NCBI GenBank assembly: GCA_010093995.1
Contig: ML992513.1
Location: forward strand, 493,203 to 557,202
From: Elsinoe ampelina
Taxonomy: Eukaryota
DNA: 64,000 bases
Direction of reading: 5' to 3'
A program made the translations under genes and the position numbers. The notes beneath the pieces are model-generated. The model had not been told where the DNA came from. It did not search any database and saw only the letters and a program-made list of their open reading frames with translations. Below are positions 22,033-33,591 of the stretch, one piece after another (the stretch's first letter is position 1; each line of letters starts with the position of its first letter).

Positions 22033-23778
22033 TCATGGTACCACCCCACTCATGTCATTCTTATATCTCTCCATGCATCTCTGCTTGCTCTCATTCCAGT
22101 CGACGTGCGGTTCCGGGTACCCCAACTTCTCAAATTCCTTTTTGTCCAGCCGATGGTATGGGTCGAAGACCGCCTTGCCCGTCACATCCTTGAGCTCTGG
22201 CACCCAGCGACGAATGTACTCGCCCGCTGGATCGTTGCGCTCAGCCTGTGATACAGGGTTGAATACGGTGTACGAAGGCTCCCATCCTTGCGTGTTATTT
22301 GCCAGGTCCCAGTCGATCAATTTCTCAGCAAAATACCTCTCCCCTTTCCGGTAGTCGAGTAGCAAATTCGTTCGCAGGTACGAAGACACATTCATCCTTG
22401 CACGATTATGCAGCCAGCCTTCATTATTCAGTTGTCGCATTCCAGCATCGACGAGAGGCATGCCGGTGTGACCACTTTTCCACTTCTCCCATCCTTCTTC
22501 GTCGTCCTCCCATTTCACGAAGTCGAATTTAAGGTTTTGTGGCAGGTTCATGCTGTTGTGCGGTATGACGGTGAGAATGTGCCTGTAGAACTCTCGGAAT
22601 ACAACTTCACGGACCCAAGAAGCAATCCCTGATTGCCCACTTGAGTCAAAATTCTTGTCTCCATTCGCCTTCCGTACAATTCCTAGGACCTCACGAACAG
22701 AGACAACGCCAGAGGAGAAATACGGTGACAGACGAGAAGAGGTATCGAGTCCGGGATTGGAACGAGTCTCATCATACTTCTTGACGTTCTTCTTCAGAAA
22801 TTTGGAGAGTCGATCCATGCCTGCCTTGTTGCCGGCCGGCCAGAGTTTGCGGAGTCGCTTCTTCTCGTCCTCGGAAGAGAACTGCTTGGATTCTGGAAGA
22901 TGTGGAATGGAAGAGTCAAACAGGTCTTTGAGTGAGTCCTTGGCTTTCGCATCATTTCCAACTGGTATCTCGACTGTGTCGAGAAGACTAGGATCCTCCC
23001 CGACCTCCGAGAGCCATTGCTTGTGGTAGGGTGTGAAGACTTTCTGTGGGTTGCCAGTACCAGTGACAAGAGTACCTGGTTCGATGACGGTCTGATCGTG
23101 GCAAAGCTGAAAGGTCGCCTTCTGCTTCTCCTCAGCAAGTTTCTTTACCAGCTTCATGTCTCGCCGCAGCTCATCAACTTCGTACTCGTAATTGGCGTAG
23201 ACATGGGATATATCATTGTCTTTGATGAAAGAGAGGACCTTGTCGACCTTCTCGCGTCTCTCATTGGCAGTAATGATGGCCAACGGAATATTTCGCTCTG
23301 CCAATTGCGTTTGCATGATCCGAAGAGTTTCAAGGATAAAGTCGACACGGACAGGGGAGGTACCGTGCCATTCCATATCCTTTGGCGAGAACAGATACAT
23401 GGTAATCAGATTCTTCTTTGCTTCCTTTGCTTGGTTTGACGCGGCATGCAGACCACGGTTGTCTTCAATACGGAGATCCTTGGAGCGAAACCAATGGAGC
23501 ACATTACGACCGGGTTGATCGTGTTTCTGTTCATCTAAAATGTCATAGAGCTGCGACAGAGGCGAGTCCGCATCTATCTCCTTGGCTCTCTTGGTTGATG
23601 GGTGCTTAAGCACATTGTCGCTCGAAGACGATCGCTCGTGCTTCGGCATGGTTTTGAAGCTACGTGCTGCGCAACAGACTGCGGTGCGAATGTAAACGCC
23701 ACTTTGTGCTAGCAGTTGAGGCCTGGCGTTGAAGATATATGATCGTAAAGCGTTCCGTAGTAACCAGGATGATGGCAT
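22033..23778 (-). CDS. Photolyase/cryptochrome family protein, class I CPD-photolyase-like (alternative start 23649); intronless
   Basis: LHWFRSKDLRIEDNRGL, VFTPYHKQW, TSSRLSPYFSSG, FREFYRH, GHTGMPLVDAGMRQL..GWLHNRARM, LIDWDLANN, DPAGEYIRRWVPEL. Confidence 0.92.
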   Translation of the reverse strand: MPSSWLLRNALRSYIFNARPQLLAQSGVYIRTAVCCAARSFKTMPKHERSSSSDNVLKHPSTKRAKEIDADSPLSQLYDILDEQKHDQPGRNVLHWFRSKDLRIEDNRGLHAASNQAKEAKKNLITMYLFSPKDMEWHGTSPVRVDFILETLRIMQTQLAERNIPLAIITANERREKVDKVLSFIKDNDISHVYANYEYEVDELRRDMKLVKKLAEEKQKATFQLCHDQTVIEPGTLVTGTGNPQKVFTPYHKQWLSEVGEDPSLLDTVEIPVGNDAKAKDSLKDLFDSSIPHLPESKQFSSEDEKKRLRKLWPAGNKAGMDRLSKFLKKNVKKYDETRSNPGLDTSSRLSPYFSSGVVSVREVLGIVRKANGDKNFDSSGQSGIASWVREVVFREFYRHILTVIPHNSMNLPQNLKFDFVKWEDDEEGWEKWKSGHTGMPLVDAGMRQLNNEGWLHNRARMNVSSYLRTNLLLDYRKGERYFAEKLIDWDLANNTQGWEPSYTVFNPVSQAERNDPAGEYIRRWVPELKDVTGKAVFDPYHRLDKKEFEKLGYPEPHVDWNESKQRCMERYKNDMSGVVP

Positions 23779-24481
23779 ACAGGTGACGGAGAAAACACCG
23801 AGGAGAGATGGACAAAGATGCAGATCTGGGGAGACAACTTTTTAGATCTGAGATCTGCGTCCCAACTGAGGTCAGGTACCTTACCAAAGCTCTGGAGGAA
23901 TGTGTCGTCATGATGCGCAGTTCCGGAACCATGGAAAAGGCTTAGTCAGCGAAATTCACTTTTTGGATCGTCGACTTGCCCAGCTTAAATTGTAACACAA
24001 CTCCATACCTCCCTTCAATGAGGCCTATCGCAGGCTGCAACCCCAACGATGCGACCGAAAATATCGATCAATGCGGAGTAGAGCAGCCCTGGAATGCCCG
24101 AGGGACTCTTCAAGGTGAAAGTCATTGGCTCCAATGCGCCATCACATACCTGTTGAACGCCCTCATCTGTTTACAAGTCTGCGGCACCGATATTGACCGC
24201 TCTGGGAGGTGCGTATCGGAATCGGAAGCTATCTTTTTCAGAAGGCGGCTCTCCGATCGAATTATTATGCGATGCCTCCAAATTCCCAAATGCTTGCTTG
24301 TGGACAATGTGATGCTAGGCAAGCAATGTTCCCCCGCCACACATTTCCCCGCAGTCTCCGCCCCAGCGGCAAGTACTGCGCAAGGATGCGGACGTCATGG
24401 TCAAAGGCCGTCCCACACCGTATATATTGGACGTGAGCCACAAATCATCCATGTCCGAATCAAATATATCGGAAGATAGGG

Positions 24482-26119
24482 ATGATGCATCCTCGTACCA
24501 TAACAACCTTCAGCGCTGGCTTGTACCTTGCATCGAGCGTGGCTGCTGCACCTCTATCATGTCAAGTCGCATGCAGTGCAGCAGAGATACCACGTCCTGT
24601 ATTGTTCGGAGCGGAAATTGTCAGTCTCGACGCCGTTGAGTTCCGCAACCAATCTGTTGCAACTCTTCAGGGAGAGAACGTATGGTTGTCATACTGTGGT
24701 GTCAACATGTAAACGCCCCCTTGAAACCCTAGACCTGGAGCCTGATCGTCGACAGTACCTACATCCATCCCGGTTGGAACGATTCTATCAATGTAGAGAT
24801 CTGGCTACCTCTCGACAATTGGAATGGTCGATTCCAAGGCACCGGTGGCGGTGGCTTTCAAATGAGCAGTGGCCCTCTAGGATTGGCTTCGGCGGTTCGT
24901 GATGGTTATGCTGCAGTGCGATCAGACGGTGGACACACGGCGGACTCTGCAGCAGACTGGGCCTTGACAAGCCCAGGAAACCTCAATTATCCTCTCCTAC
25001 AAGATTTTGCTGCTGTAGGCCTATCCGATATGACAATTCTAGGCCAAGCTGTCACGCAGAGCTTCTATGGAGAACAGCCGGCATACTCTTACTGCAATGG
25101 CTGCTTAACCGGTGGAAGGCAAGGTCTGATGCTGGCGCAACGATATCCAGACTTGTACGACGGGATCCTAGCTATTGCTCCGGCGATCAACTGGGACACC
25201 TTCCTTGTCACAGAATACTGGCCTCAGCATGTCATGGCCACACTTGGGGTGTATCCGTCCCCCTGCGAACTCGGTGCTTTCACCATGGCCGCGATTGCTG
25301 CATGCGACTCGCTTGACGGACTCGAGGATGGTATCATCTCCGACCCAGACTCTTGCACTTTCGACCCCGAGTCCATCATTGGCCAGCCTTTCAACTGCAG
25401 CAGCACTAGTGAGGGCATCTTCACAGCTGCAGGTGCAGCTGTAGCTAAAGCAGCATGGACAGGGCCTGTGAACCCATACGGGAAGCTCGAATGGTATGGG
25501 CTCAATAAGGATGCAACCTTGTCTGGTCTCGTGGGCACTGTAGCAGCCACAAATACTTCAGCCGCACGTGGCGTTCCTTTCCCAGTCTCTGCTGAATGGA
25601 TCAAATGGTTTGTTGCTAGGGATCCAAGCTTAGTACTGAATAACATCACGACCGCGCAATTCTTCCGCTTCTTGCACCTCTCACGGAACGAGTTCGGCAC
25701 TAACATACAGATAATCCGATCCAAACCTGCACGAATTCAAGGAACAGGGCAGCAAAATGATCACGTGGCACGGCCTTGCGGATCAGCTCATCTTTCCCAA
25801 TGGCACAAGGGACTACTACGAGAGAGTCACAGAAGCCGTTCCTGATGTGCAGGACTTCTATCGCTTCTTCGAAGCTCCAGGCGTTGCACATTGCAGTGGC
25901 GGGCCAGGTCCACAGCCCAGGAATGAGCTGCAAGCTCTTGTTGATTGGGTAGAGAAGGGGATTGCACCTGAGACCCTGCTCACGGTCAATGCGACCTTGA
26001 ATGGTGTAGTCCCTGGACCGGGGCAAGCTTTGCCGACACGGAATATCTGTGCTTGGCCTAAAAGACAAAGGTACGTAGGCGGAGATCCGGCGGCAGCTGC
26101 TAGCTTCACTTGTGTGTAG
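24482..26119 (+). pseudogene. Tannase/feruloyl esterase with frameshift and mutated nucleophile; intron 24709-24755
   Basis: Signal peptide, WNGRFQGTGGGG, YCNGCLTGGRQG (family consensus YWxGCSTGGRQG), KMITWHGLADQLI, FFEAPGVAHC. Frame change at ~25705-25715. Confidence 0.85.
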
Positions 26120-26720
26120 CAAAGTACCTCACACGTCGTCTTTCCATATGAATCTGAGTCCGCCCGTGCATCGCGCGACAGAGCATGTACCTGCAATCCT
26201 GATCTGGGGTCACCCTCTTGCTGCCAACTTCGCAGCGATACAGGGTTGTTCTTATCATGCAAGGGGCAGGGCCGTGCGTTCAAGGCTCACAAGTTCCATA
26301 TGCCTCTCGGCAGTCCGAACGTGTTATAAACTATCACTACCTTCAGAACAAGGACATTGCAAAGGAGCTTTAAGCCCAGGGGTCAAAGCAGGTTGAGTAG
26401 AAAACGAGTCGGTCATCACAACCAGTGGCTGGAATTTAGGGGGCGAACAGAGTCTTACAAGGTGGTCTGGAGAACTTCAAATATACACGGGCTCTACTTT
26501 GGTGCGATTTTCGAGGTTGGTATAGTGCAGTGATTGGAAAAGCTCGATGGGGTCGTTCGAATCATCACCTCGGCTATTGAGGCTCTGCGGTTCTGGCCGC
26601 CGCTAATTCTGCGTGACAGCCCTCGACGCGTCAAGAGCCACGAGAATCGAGAATCGCATTGACTTTCCCCGAACCTGAGGAGCTCTCCACACCATCAACG
26701 GTACTGGCTGATATTGCAGC

Positions 26721-28187
26721 ATGGCTTCTAGACTGCTGTCTACGCCTTGGCGCCATGCTCTTCGAGGTCACTCGACATTGTATGGCGCGAGTCGACGTTC
26801 GGTGTCCACCAAGTCTTGTACTGTCAAAATCCTACCACTGAAGACCTCGTTGGGAGTCTTGTGCGTCGCGGCTGGCATTGGGTCTATTGGCTTCTATGGT
26901 CCAGGACGAAAGCATGAATACGGACTTCTACGAAGTGCCACCGCAGCATCTCCCGATGAATTTGACGACCTAGGACTAGGCGACATTCCACAGCAACTTG
27001 GTGGCCCTTTATTGGTGGACGGCGAGTTCGACGTCATTAAAACATGCTCTCAAAGTCATACAGGTCATAATTTGACGACCCACGCATGTCGCCTAGAGTC
27101 CAATGTTCCATGCGAAGACTTTCTGGTTGCCGGAGACTTTGAGGACAGCAGGACAAGGAAGGTAGACTGGAGCTACTGGGAGATCTTCGATGGTCATGCA
27201 GGATACCAAACATCTCGAATTTGCAGCGACTTTCTTCATACTTTCGTCGTTGGTAATCTGTTGGAGCCGATGAATGCTTCACTCACTATTCCGGAATTGA
27301 TCAAGCAGGCATACTTGAAATTAGATGAGACTATCTTGGAAGTAGCCAAGTCAGCATTATCGACGACACCTGCTAATGCCACCCATTCTACGGCTGTTGC
27401 GCCAGCTCTGAGCGGCTCATGTGCGCTCGGCTTGTACTTCCAGCATGAGACGTCAACACTATACACGGCGAATACAGGAGATTGCCGAGCAGTGCTGGGA
27501 CGTTGGTCTACAGAGGCATCGACCTACGTCCCACAACCACTATCATCTGATCACACCGGCTTCAATGCTTCCGAAGTGAAGCGGATCGAAGCAGAACACC
27601 CAGGCGAAACTGGTATTATTGACCCAAAGACCGGTCGCATCTTCGGTCTCGCGGTGGTCAGAGCCTTCGGCGACTCTCGTTGGAAATGGAACGACGAGAC
27701 GATTCTTGAAGCGCACAAGAAGTTCTGGGGGCCGAAACCACGCCCGAACGGTGTCAATAAGACACCGCCATATCTTACCGCGGAGCCAGAAGTCACCGAA
27801 ACCAAAATCATCGATGGAAAGCGCGGTGACTTTGTCATCATGGCCAGCGATGGCCTATGGGATCATCTGAGCAACGAGGACGCCGTGATGATCGTCAACA
27901 AGTGGTTGGAAGCCAAACGTAGCGGGAAGCTGGGCAAGGAAGTCTACGAGGTGCCGAAGAACGAGGATACATACTACGACGAAAGACCTGGATATGGTCT
28001 GACGTGGCGCATAAAGCCCGAGTATTTCAGCTACGAGGACGACAATGCTGCGGCATGCCTGGTCAGGAATGCAATGGGTGGTAAGCGCAAGCATTTGGTG
28101 GACCGTCTGGTCAAGATGGAGCCGCCATGGAGCAGAGATGCGCATGACGACACCTCTGTGCAAGTCATCTTCTTCGGCGACGTTTGA
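26721..28187 (+). CDS. PP2C-family phosphatase, mitochondrial pyruvate-dehydrogenase-phosphatase (Ptc5)-like
   Basis: Arg-rich presequence; motifs SNVPCED, IFDGHAG, ANTGDCRAVLG, RAFGD, PPYLTAEPEV, ASDGLWD, DDTSVQVIFF. Confidence 0.9.
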   Translation: MASRLLSTPWRHALRGHSTLYGASRRSVSTKSCTVKILPLKTSLGVLCVAAGIGSIGFYGPGRKHEYGLLRSATAASPDEFDDLGLGDIPQQLGGPLLVDGEFDVIKTCSQSHTGHNLTTHACRLESNVPCEDFLVAGDFEDSRTRKVDWSYWEIFDGHAGYQTSRICSDFLHTFVVGNLLEPMNASLTIPELIKQAYLKLDETILEVAKSALSTTPANATHSTAVAPALSGSCALGLYFQHETSTLYTANTGDCRAVLGRWSTEASTYVPQPLSSDHTGFNASEVKRIEAEHPGETGIIDPKTGRIFGLAVVRAFGDSRWKWNDETILEAHKKFWGPKPRPNGVNKTPPYLTAEPEVTETKIIDGKRGDFVIMASDGLWDHLSNEDAVMIVNKWLEAKRSGKLGKEVYEVPKNEDTYYDERPGYGLTWRIKPEYFSYEDDNAAACLVRNAMGGKRKHLVDRLVKMEPPWSRDAHDDTSVQVIFFGDV

Positions 28188-29411
28188 GCGAAATCTTATT
28201 CTTCTCTTTGCAGCATCACCAGCGTGTGCACCATTAGCATAGCGACAGAGTCAATCTCGATTTGTCATTTCCTCGGCCATATCGGCCGCAGTCCTATACA
28301 GAGTCCGGAATTGTTCAAGATGTGATCGAAGCGTTGTCTGGTGACGCTCCGTGGCGAATGCAGCAGGCTAGGAACGGGAAGTGGGCACAAGTCACGCTGA
28401 AACGAAAGTCGGCTCCATACCAGTGCTCAAGCACTAGCGTTCGTCCGAGCAAGCTGGGCGATACTGATCCCATGATCGAAAAATGCTGTCTGGCGGGTGA
28501 GCGGCATCAGTGCTGTTTGACCGCTAAGAAAACCACGACACCATCACTAATTGTAGACACAGAGATGAGCGAATTGTGCATCTCTTGACATGCTTGACAT
28601 CTCCAAGTCATGGGCTTGAAAAAAGCTTGACACTGCGACAGCCCTTTTCCCCACCTCGAATGTTTCGAAACCTGGGGCCACTTTTCGTTCCTCTTCCTTG
28701 TTCTTCCCAGAAAACACTCCCCAGAAGCACAATTCGGATCGACAGCTTATCACACGAGGCATTGTATCTGCTCCTGATCAATCCTAGTATCCCAAGGGAT
28801 CAAAGGCTCACGGCTCCGCAGCCGCGTCTGTAAATTAGCTGCCAGGAACAAGGCGGGTGATGCACATGGCTGATGCTGTGGAACCACGCTCTCCGTCTCT
28901 TCCGGGGACGTGAATCTTCAAAACTCCTCCAATTTTGCCCCATCCACCATGGTCTACCAACGATTCAGCAACCCTTCTAGCCCTAGCTGTACACCCTCCG
29001 AGCCACTCCGACCCCTTTCTGGTCATGCACAATCCACATGGCGATCAAGCCGCTGTCGCCATACTGTATCACGTTGCTTTAGTCGTAGAGAACATCACCA
29101 AGTCTGCTTCCGCAGATCTGCGAGTGGAAGCTTCTTCTGAAGCTTGACCCGAGCCACTCACGCAATCACCAGACCACCATCCATGCTTTGGAGCCACGGC
29201 ATCCACACCCTGACTGTTCCAGTGACCCGCCGAGCCCCTGCAATTCTTGACACGGAGCCATGATACACGTCCCCACAGAGCCAAAACATGGACTTGCTCA
29301 GTACAGCCTATTTGAGTCGGCAAGTATAAGGTAGTAGGTCTGTCCTTGTCCAGTTCGAGCAAACCAGACATCACCCCTGCTGCCAGGACGAACAGCGAAC
29401 GACGATACATC

Positions 29412-30484
29412 ATGAAGTTCAGCTCCATTCTCGTCGCCAGCACGGCCACCCTGGCCCTCGCCGCTCCTTCGAAACGCCAGTCCAAGAACAAGTTGCAGTT
29501 CTGGGGAGTCAACGAGTCCGGCGCCGAGTTTGGCCAGACAAACCTTCCCGGTACATACAACAAGGACTATACATGGTATGATCTGAACGCAATCAACGTA
29601 CGTATGCTGCAATGATCAATACGATACTTTGCTGATGGTCCAAGACCCTTATTGGCCGTGGCATGAACACCTTCCGCATTAACCTCCAGATCGAGCGTGT
29701 GGCCCCGAGCAAACTCGATGGACCAGTCGACGCTGCATACATGGGCAACCTCACCGCCCAGGTCAAGGCCATCACCGACAAGGGTGCATACGCCCACATC
29801 GCCCCTCACAACTACGGTCGCTACTATGGCAACATCATGACCAACCCCTCGGCATTCAAGACCTTCTGGGCCAACCTCGCCCGTCCCTTTGCCAAAAACT
29901 CCCGCGTCATCTTCGACACCGACAACGAGTTCCACGACATGGACCAGGACCTCGTCGTCCGACTCAACCAAGCCGCCATCGACGGCATCCGCTCCGTCGG
30001 CGCCACCTCGCAATACATCACACCGGAAGGCAACGCCTGGACCGGCGCCTGGTCCTGGACCAACCGGCCCGACTCTGCCACCGGCCTCACCAACGGCCAA
30101 ACCATGGGCGCCCTCAAAGACCCGAGCAACAAGCTCATCTACCAAATGCACCAATACCTCGACTCCGACGCCTCGGGCACCTCCACCACCTGCGTCAACA
30201 GCACCATCTTCGTCGACCGCCTGCAGGACGCTACCAAGTGGCTCCGCGCCAACAAGAAGAAGGGTCTGATCGGCGAGTTCGCTGGTGGCAACAACCCGAC
30301 CTGCTTGTCTGCGCTCAAGGGGGGTCTTACATTCATCACTCAGAACACTGATGTGTGGACTGGAGCGCTTTGGTGGGCCGCGGGTCCTTGGTGGGGGAAT
30401 TACATCTTCAATATGGAGCCTACGAGTGGTTCTGACATCTATACGCAAGTTTTACCTCAATTGGAGGCGATTGTGAGGTCTTGA
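29412..30484 (+). CDS. Secreted GH5 (subfamily 5-like) endo-beta-1,4-glucanase without CBM; intron 29598-29644
   Basis: Signal peptide, WGVNESGAEFG, GMNTFRI, PHNYGRY, acid/base FDTDNEFHD, MHQYLDSD, nucleophile IGEFAGG, WWAAGPWWG. Confidence 0.95.
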
Positions 30485-31168
30485 TGGCAAATTTTTGCTA
30501 TGTCTTGGCGGGAATTGCTAGGGCTTGGCTGGGGTTGCTATGTCTTGGGGTGAGCAAGAGGGGGCGAAGAGGGCGTGGAGGACTTCTTGTATATATACTC
30601 ACTTGAGGAATCGACCTGGTCGAGGTTGCTTCGAGTCTGGAACGTGAGACCCGATGTTCATGGCATGATGTGTGCTGTGTTGTTCCAAATCCGAATGAGA
30701 GATGCTTTGCTTTGAATGGATAATGATGACCATCAGCCACCGAGTTCAAGAGATGTTCGTCGAGGTCAAGTGGTTGCTTGAAATGAAGCTGTGTCGACGA
30801 GGTCTGAACCGCAAATCCTCGCGTCTCCGACATCGACCGCAAACACCATTTGACGATTCATCCATTTCTTGTCCAAAGAATCATCGAAAACATTCCAACT
30901 CGACCACGTTGAACGAAAACCACCTCGACCATCCCCATCGTGATCCTGCCGGGCGCCTGAACCTGTCAAAGGTTACATGCACCTCGGCCCCGCCACCCGA
31001 CGCCTCAGCACACTCAGCCGACCACAATCATCACCACTACCAGGCGTACCAACACACACATCCCTCTTCCCTCCCACCATCTCTCTCCCACCGGCCCCTC
31101 CCCCCCGTAACCCCCCCTCTCCCGCCCCCCTCCCCATCCCACCCCTTCCCACCAGCTCCACCCCCACA

Positions 31169-32212
31169 ATGGCCCCCCCTCCCCCCTCCACCCCTCCCTC
31201 GGCCCCCAAACAAACCAGAAAACTCCGCCTCCTCGCCCTCCACGGCTACACCCAATCCGGACCCCTCTTCCGCTCCAAAACGCGCGCCCTGGAGAAGAAC
31301 CTCCAGAAAGCCTTCCCGCCCGCGCCCAGACAGGGTCATCTCCCCGCTTACCCCGGCGGGGTCGAGTTCGTGTACCCCACTGCGCCTGTGAGGTTGAGGG
31401 GGGCGGATGTCCCGACTTTTGACTCTGTCACGTCCACTAGTTTGGAGTTGGGGAGAGGAGGGGCCGGGGATGGGAAGGATGGGAAAGGTGATGCCGTGGA
31501 AGCTATGGGCGGGGATGGGGATGAGGGGGAGGCGTGGGGGTGGTGGGTTAAGCGGACGGAGTCGGATCCCGAGGCGAGGCCGAGGGTGAGGGAGATGCCT
31601 GGGGAGAAGGTGGTGTATGCGGGGTTGGAGGAGAGTTTGGCGTTGTGGGGGAGGATTTTGAGGGAGGAGGGCCCGTTTGATGGGGTGTTGGGGTTTAGTC
31701 AGGGTGGGGCGGCTGCGGTGATGTTGGCTTCGTTGCTGGAGGGGGGGAGGAAGGGGGTGCTTGAGAGGTTGGAGGGGAGGGGTGGGATGAGGTTTCCGGA
31801 GAGTTTGCTGGGGGAGGATGGGGGGATGGTGAATGGGCCGTTGAAGGTGGTGGTTGTGTATAGTGGATTTAGGGCGCCGGAGGGGTCTGGGTATGATGCT
31901 TTCTATGAAGGGGGGTTGAGCACGCCGAGCTTGCATTTCATTGGGAGTGTGGATACTGTGGTTGAGGAGAGCAGGTGTCTGGCATTGTTGGATGCTTGTA
32001 GGTATGGCAACGGTACTGAGAGCAAGCAGGGGAAGAAGGAGGCCGAAGACAGGCATCGATTGGTATATCATCCTGGTGGCCACTTTGTGCCGAGTAGTCA
32101 GAAGCCGAGCGTCAATGCTGTGGTGCAATTCATTAGGGATACGGTGGGCGCGGGAGAGGGAAAGCAGGAAGAAAAGGAAGAGAGTGTAGAAGATATGGAT
32201 GTTCCGTTCTGA
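31169..32212 (+). CDS. FSH1/DHFR-associated serine hydrolase (alpha/beta hydrolase)
   Basis: LLALHGYTQSG, GPFDGVLGFSQG nucleophile elbow, HFIGSVDTVV, HPGGHFVP. Confidence 0.9.
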   Translation: MAPPPPSTPPSAPKQTRKLRLLALHGYTQSGPLFRSKTRALEKNLQKAFPPAPRQGHLPAYPGGVEFVYPTAPVRLRGADVPTFDSVTSTSLELGRGGAGDGKDGKGDAVEAMGGDGDEGEAWGWWVKRTESDPEARPRVREMPGEKVVYAGLEESLALWGRILREEGPFDGVLGFSQGGAAAVMLASLLEGGRKGVLERLEGRGGMRFPESLLGEDGGMVNGPLKVVVVYSGFRAPEGSGYDAFYEGGLSTPSLHFIGSVDTVVEESRCLALLDACRYGNGTESKQGKKEAEDRHRLVYHPGGHFVPSSQKPSVNAVVQFIRDTVGAGEGKQEEKEESVEDMDVPF

Positions 32213-32411
32213 CTACATGGTGGATGTAAGATATAGAGCATGTACCGCATAGAAACAAGTATATAGACGCAGTCGATACGCCATGCGTGGCAGAGAACGC
32301 CGAGTAATTGTTGTAGTGCCGCATCTACACTCCTCCTATTACCACTGGACTAAATTGTAATCCCATTGACAAGATAACATATTACAGCATCAAATGCTCC
32401 TCGCTTTACAT

Positions 32412-33591
32412 CTACCACAACTCTTCGCCAATGTCCCTAGTGTCAAGCCTGGATCTTACAAAGCAAGACTTGTCGCTATCAGGACATATATCCTTCCTGT
32501 TCAGACCCTTGTCCTTTGGCCCGGTTGGACCCCCTTCGAACTTGCGAGCCAAACCAAGCAAACTTTTCTGTCTCGGATCCTTGTCGGCGTACTGTTGATC
32601 GCCCCACCTGCCCACAAAGTTGAGCCATGCAACTGGTGTGGTGCCGTCATAGTTGGAGAAGCTGTCAGAGGCGATGTCGTACTTGAAGAAGTAGCTGTTG
32701 AGCAGGGGGTCCCACCTGGGACCCTCGTCGGTATAGTCGTTGAGGACCAGTCCAGGCAGGTTCAAGTCAGGGAGTACACGGTCTTGCGTGCCAGTCGTGG
32801 CGTAGCTGGCGTGAGAGCCGTTTGCGGAGAAGACGATGGGCCGGATGCCTTCTTTGGACACAGCGGAATAGCTGAATGCTTCACCGTTCGCGTGTTGAGA
32901 GTACCAGACCTGCTGCGGCTGGCCGTTGTTGAAGCGTACGACATTGTGCTCCCAATCTGGAATCTGTCAGAGGTGATAACGCACAGGTTGGGAGACTGGA
33001 CTTACCACCAACGTGATTGCCGACATTGAAGTTGAGGATGGTGCCTCCCCAATTGTAGGCATAAAAGTACATGTCTCGAGAGGTCAGAGTGTTTTAGCAT
33101 GACCGTGGCGAGCAAGCTTACAGAATGCATCGACAACGCCATTGCCCTTGTCTACCACAATGATGGTGCTCGCAATAGCATCACGAGTACTACCACAGCT
33201 GTCGGGAGTTACGCCATTCAACCACGCTGGATTTGTAGTGACATCTTGCTTCGAGGTGAGGAAGACGTTGGCACCGCCTTGGGCGTTGAGGCTGTCCAGG
33301 TTGTCTAATGTCAGAGGGTTGGCGACATTTGCCACCGGAGTGAAGTTGATCTCGGGTACAGTGTTGGACAAAGTGTTGCCAATATCGGATGGGCGATACG
33401 GATCCGCAGAGAAGAGACGGACCACCGGAGCTGGGTGTGTTAGTCTGGAGCAAAAAGTCTGTCGGGTTATACTGACCATAATCAACCACGTACTGCGGTA
33501 CGCCGCCAGCTGCAGCTCGCTTGGTGAGTGGCGTCGCAGTCGCCAGAGCGAAGCATGCTAGCATAGCAGATGCGTACTTTTGTGGTGCCAT
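32412..33591 (-). CDS. Secreted Vps62-domain protein; introns 33431-33476, 33075-33121, 32957-33005
   Basis: Signal peptide plus LTKR, VPQYVVDY|APVVRL, DAF|YMYFYAYNWG, NHVG|DWEHNVVRF, SANGSHASYA, WLNFVGRWGD, GPTGP. Confidence 0.85.

Noticed and set aside
6400..23778. Light-response cluster (carB plus photolyase)
   Set aside because: They are 13.5 kb apart and separated by unrelated housekeeping genes, so proximity is likely chance.
29567..30448. 293-aa minus-strand ORF
   Set aside because: Antisense shadow of the GH5 gene caused by codon bias.
31037..32128. 363-aa minus-strand Pro/His-rich ORF
   Set aside because: Antisense shadow of FSH1 in a skewed, stop-poor region.
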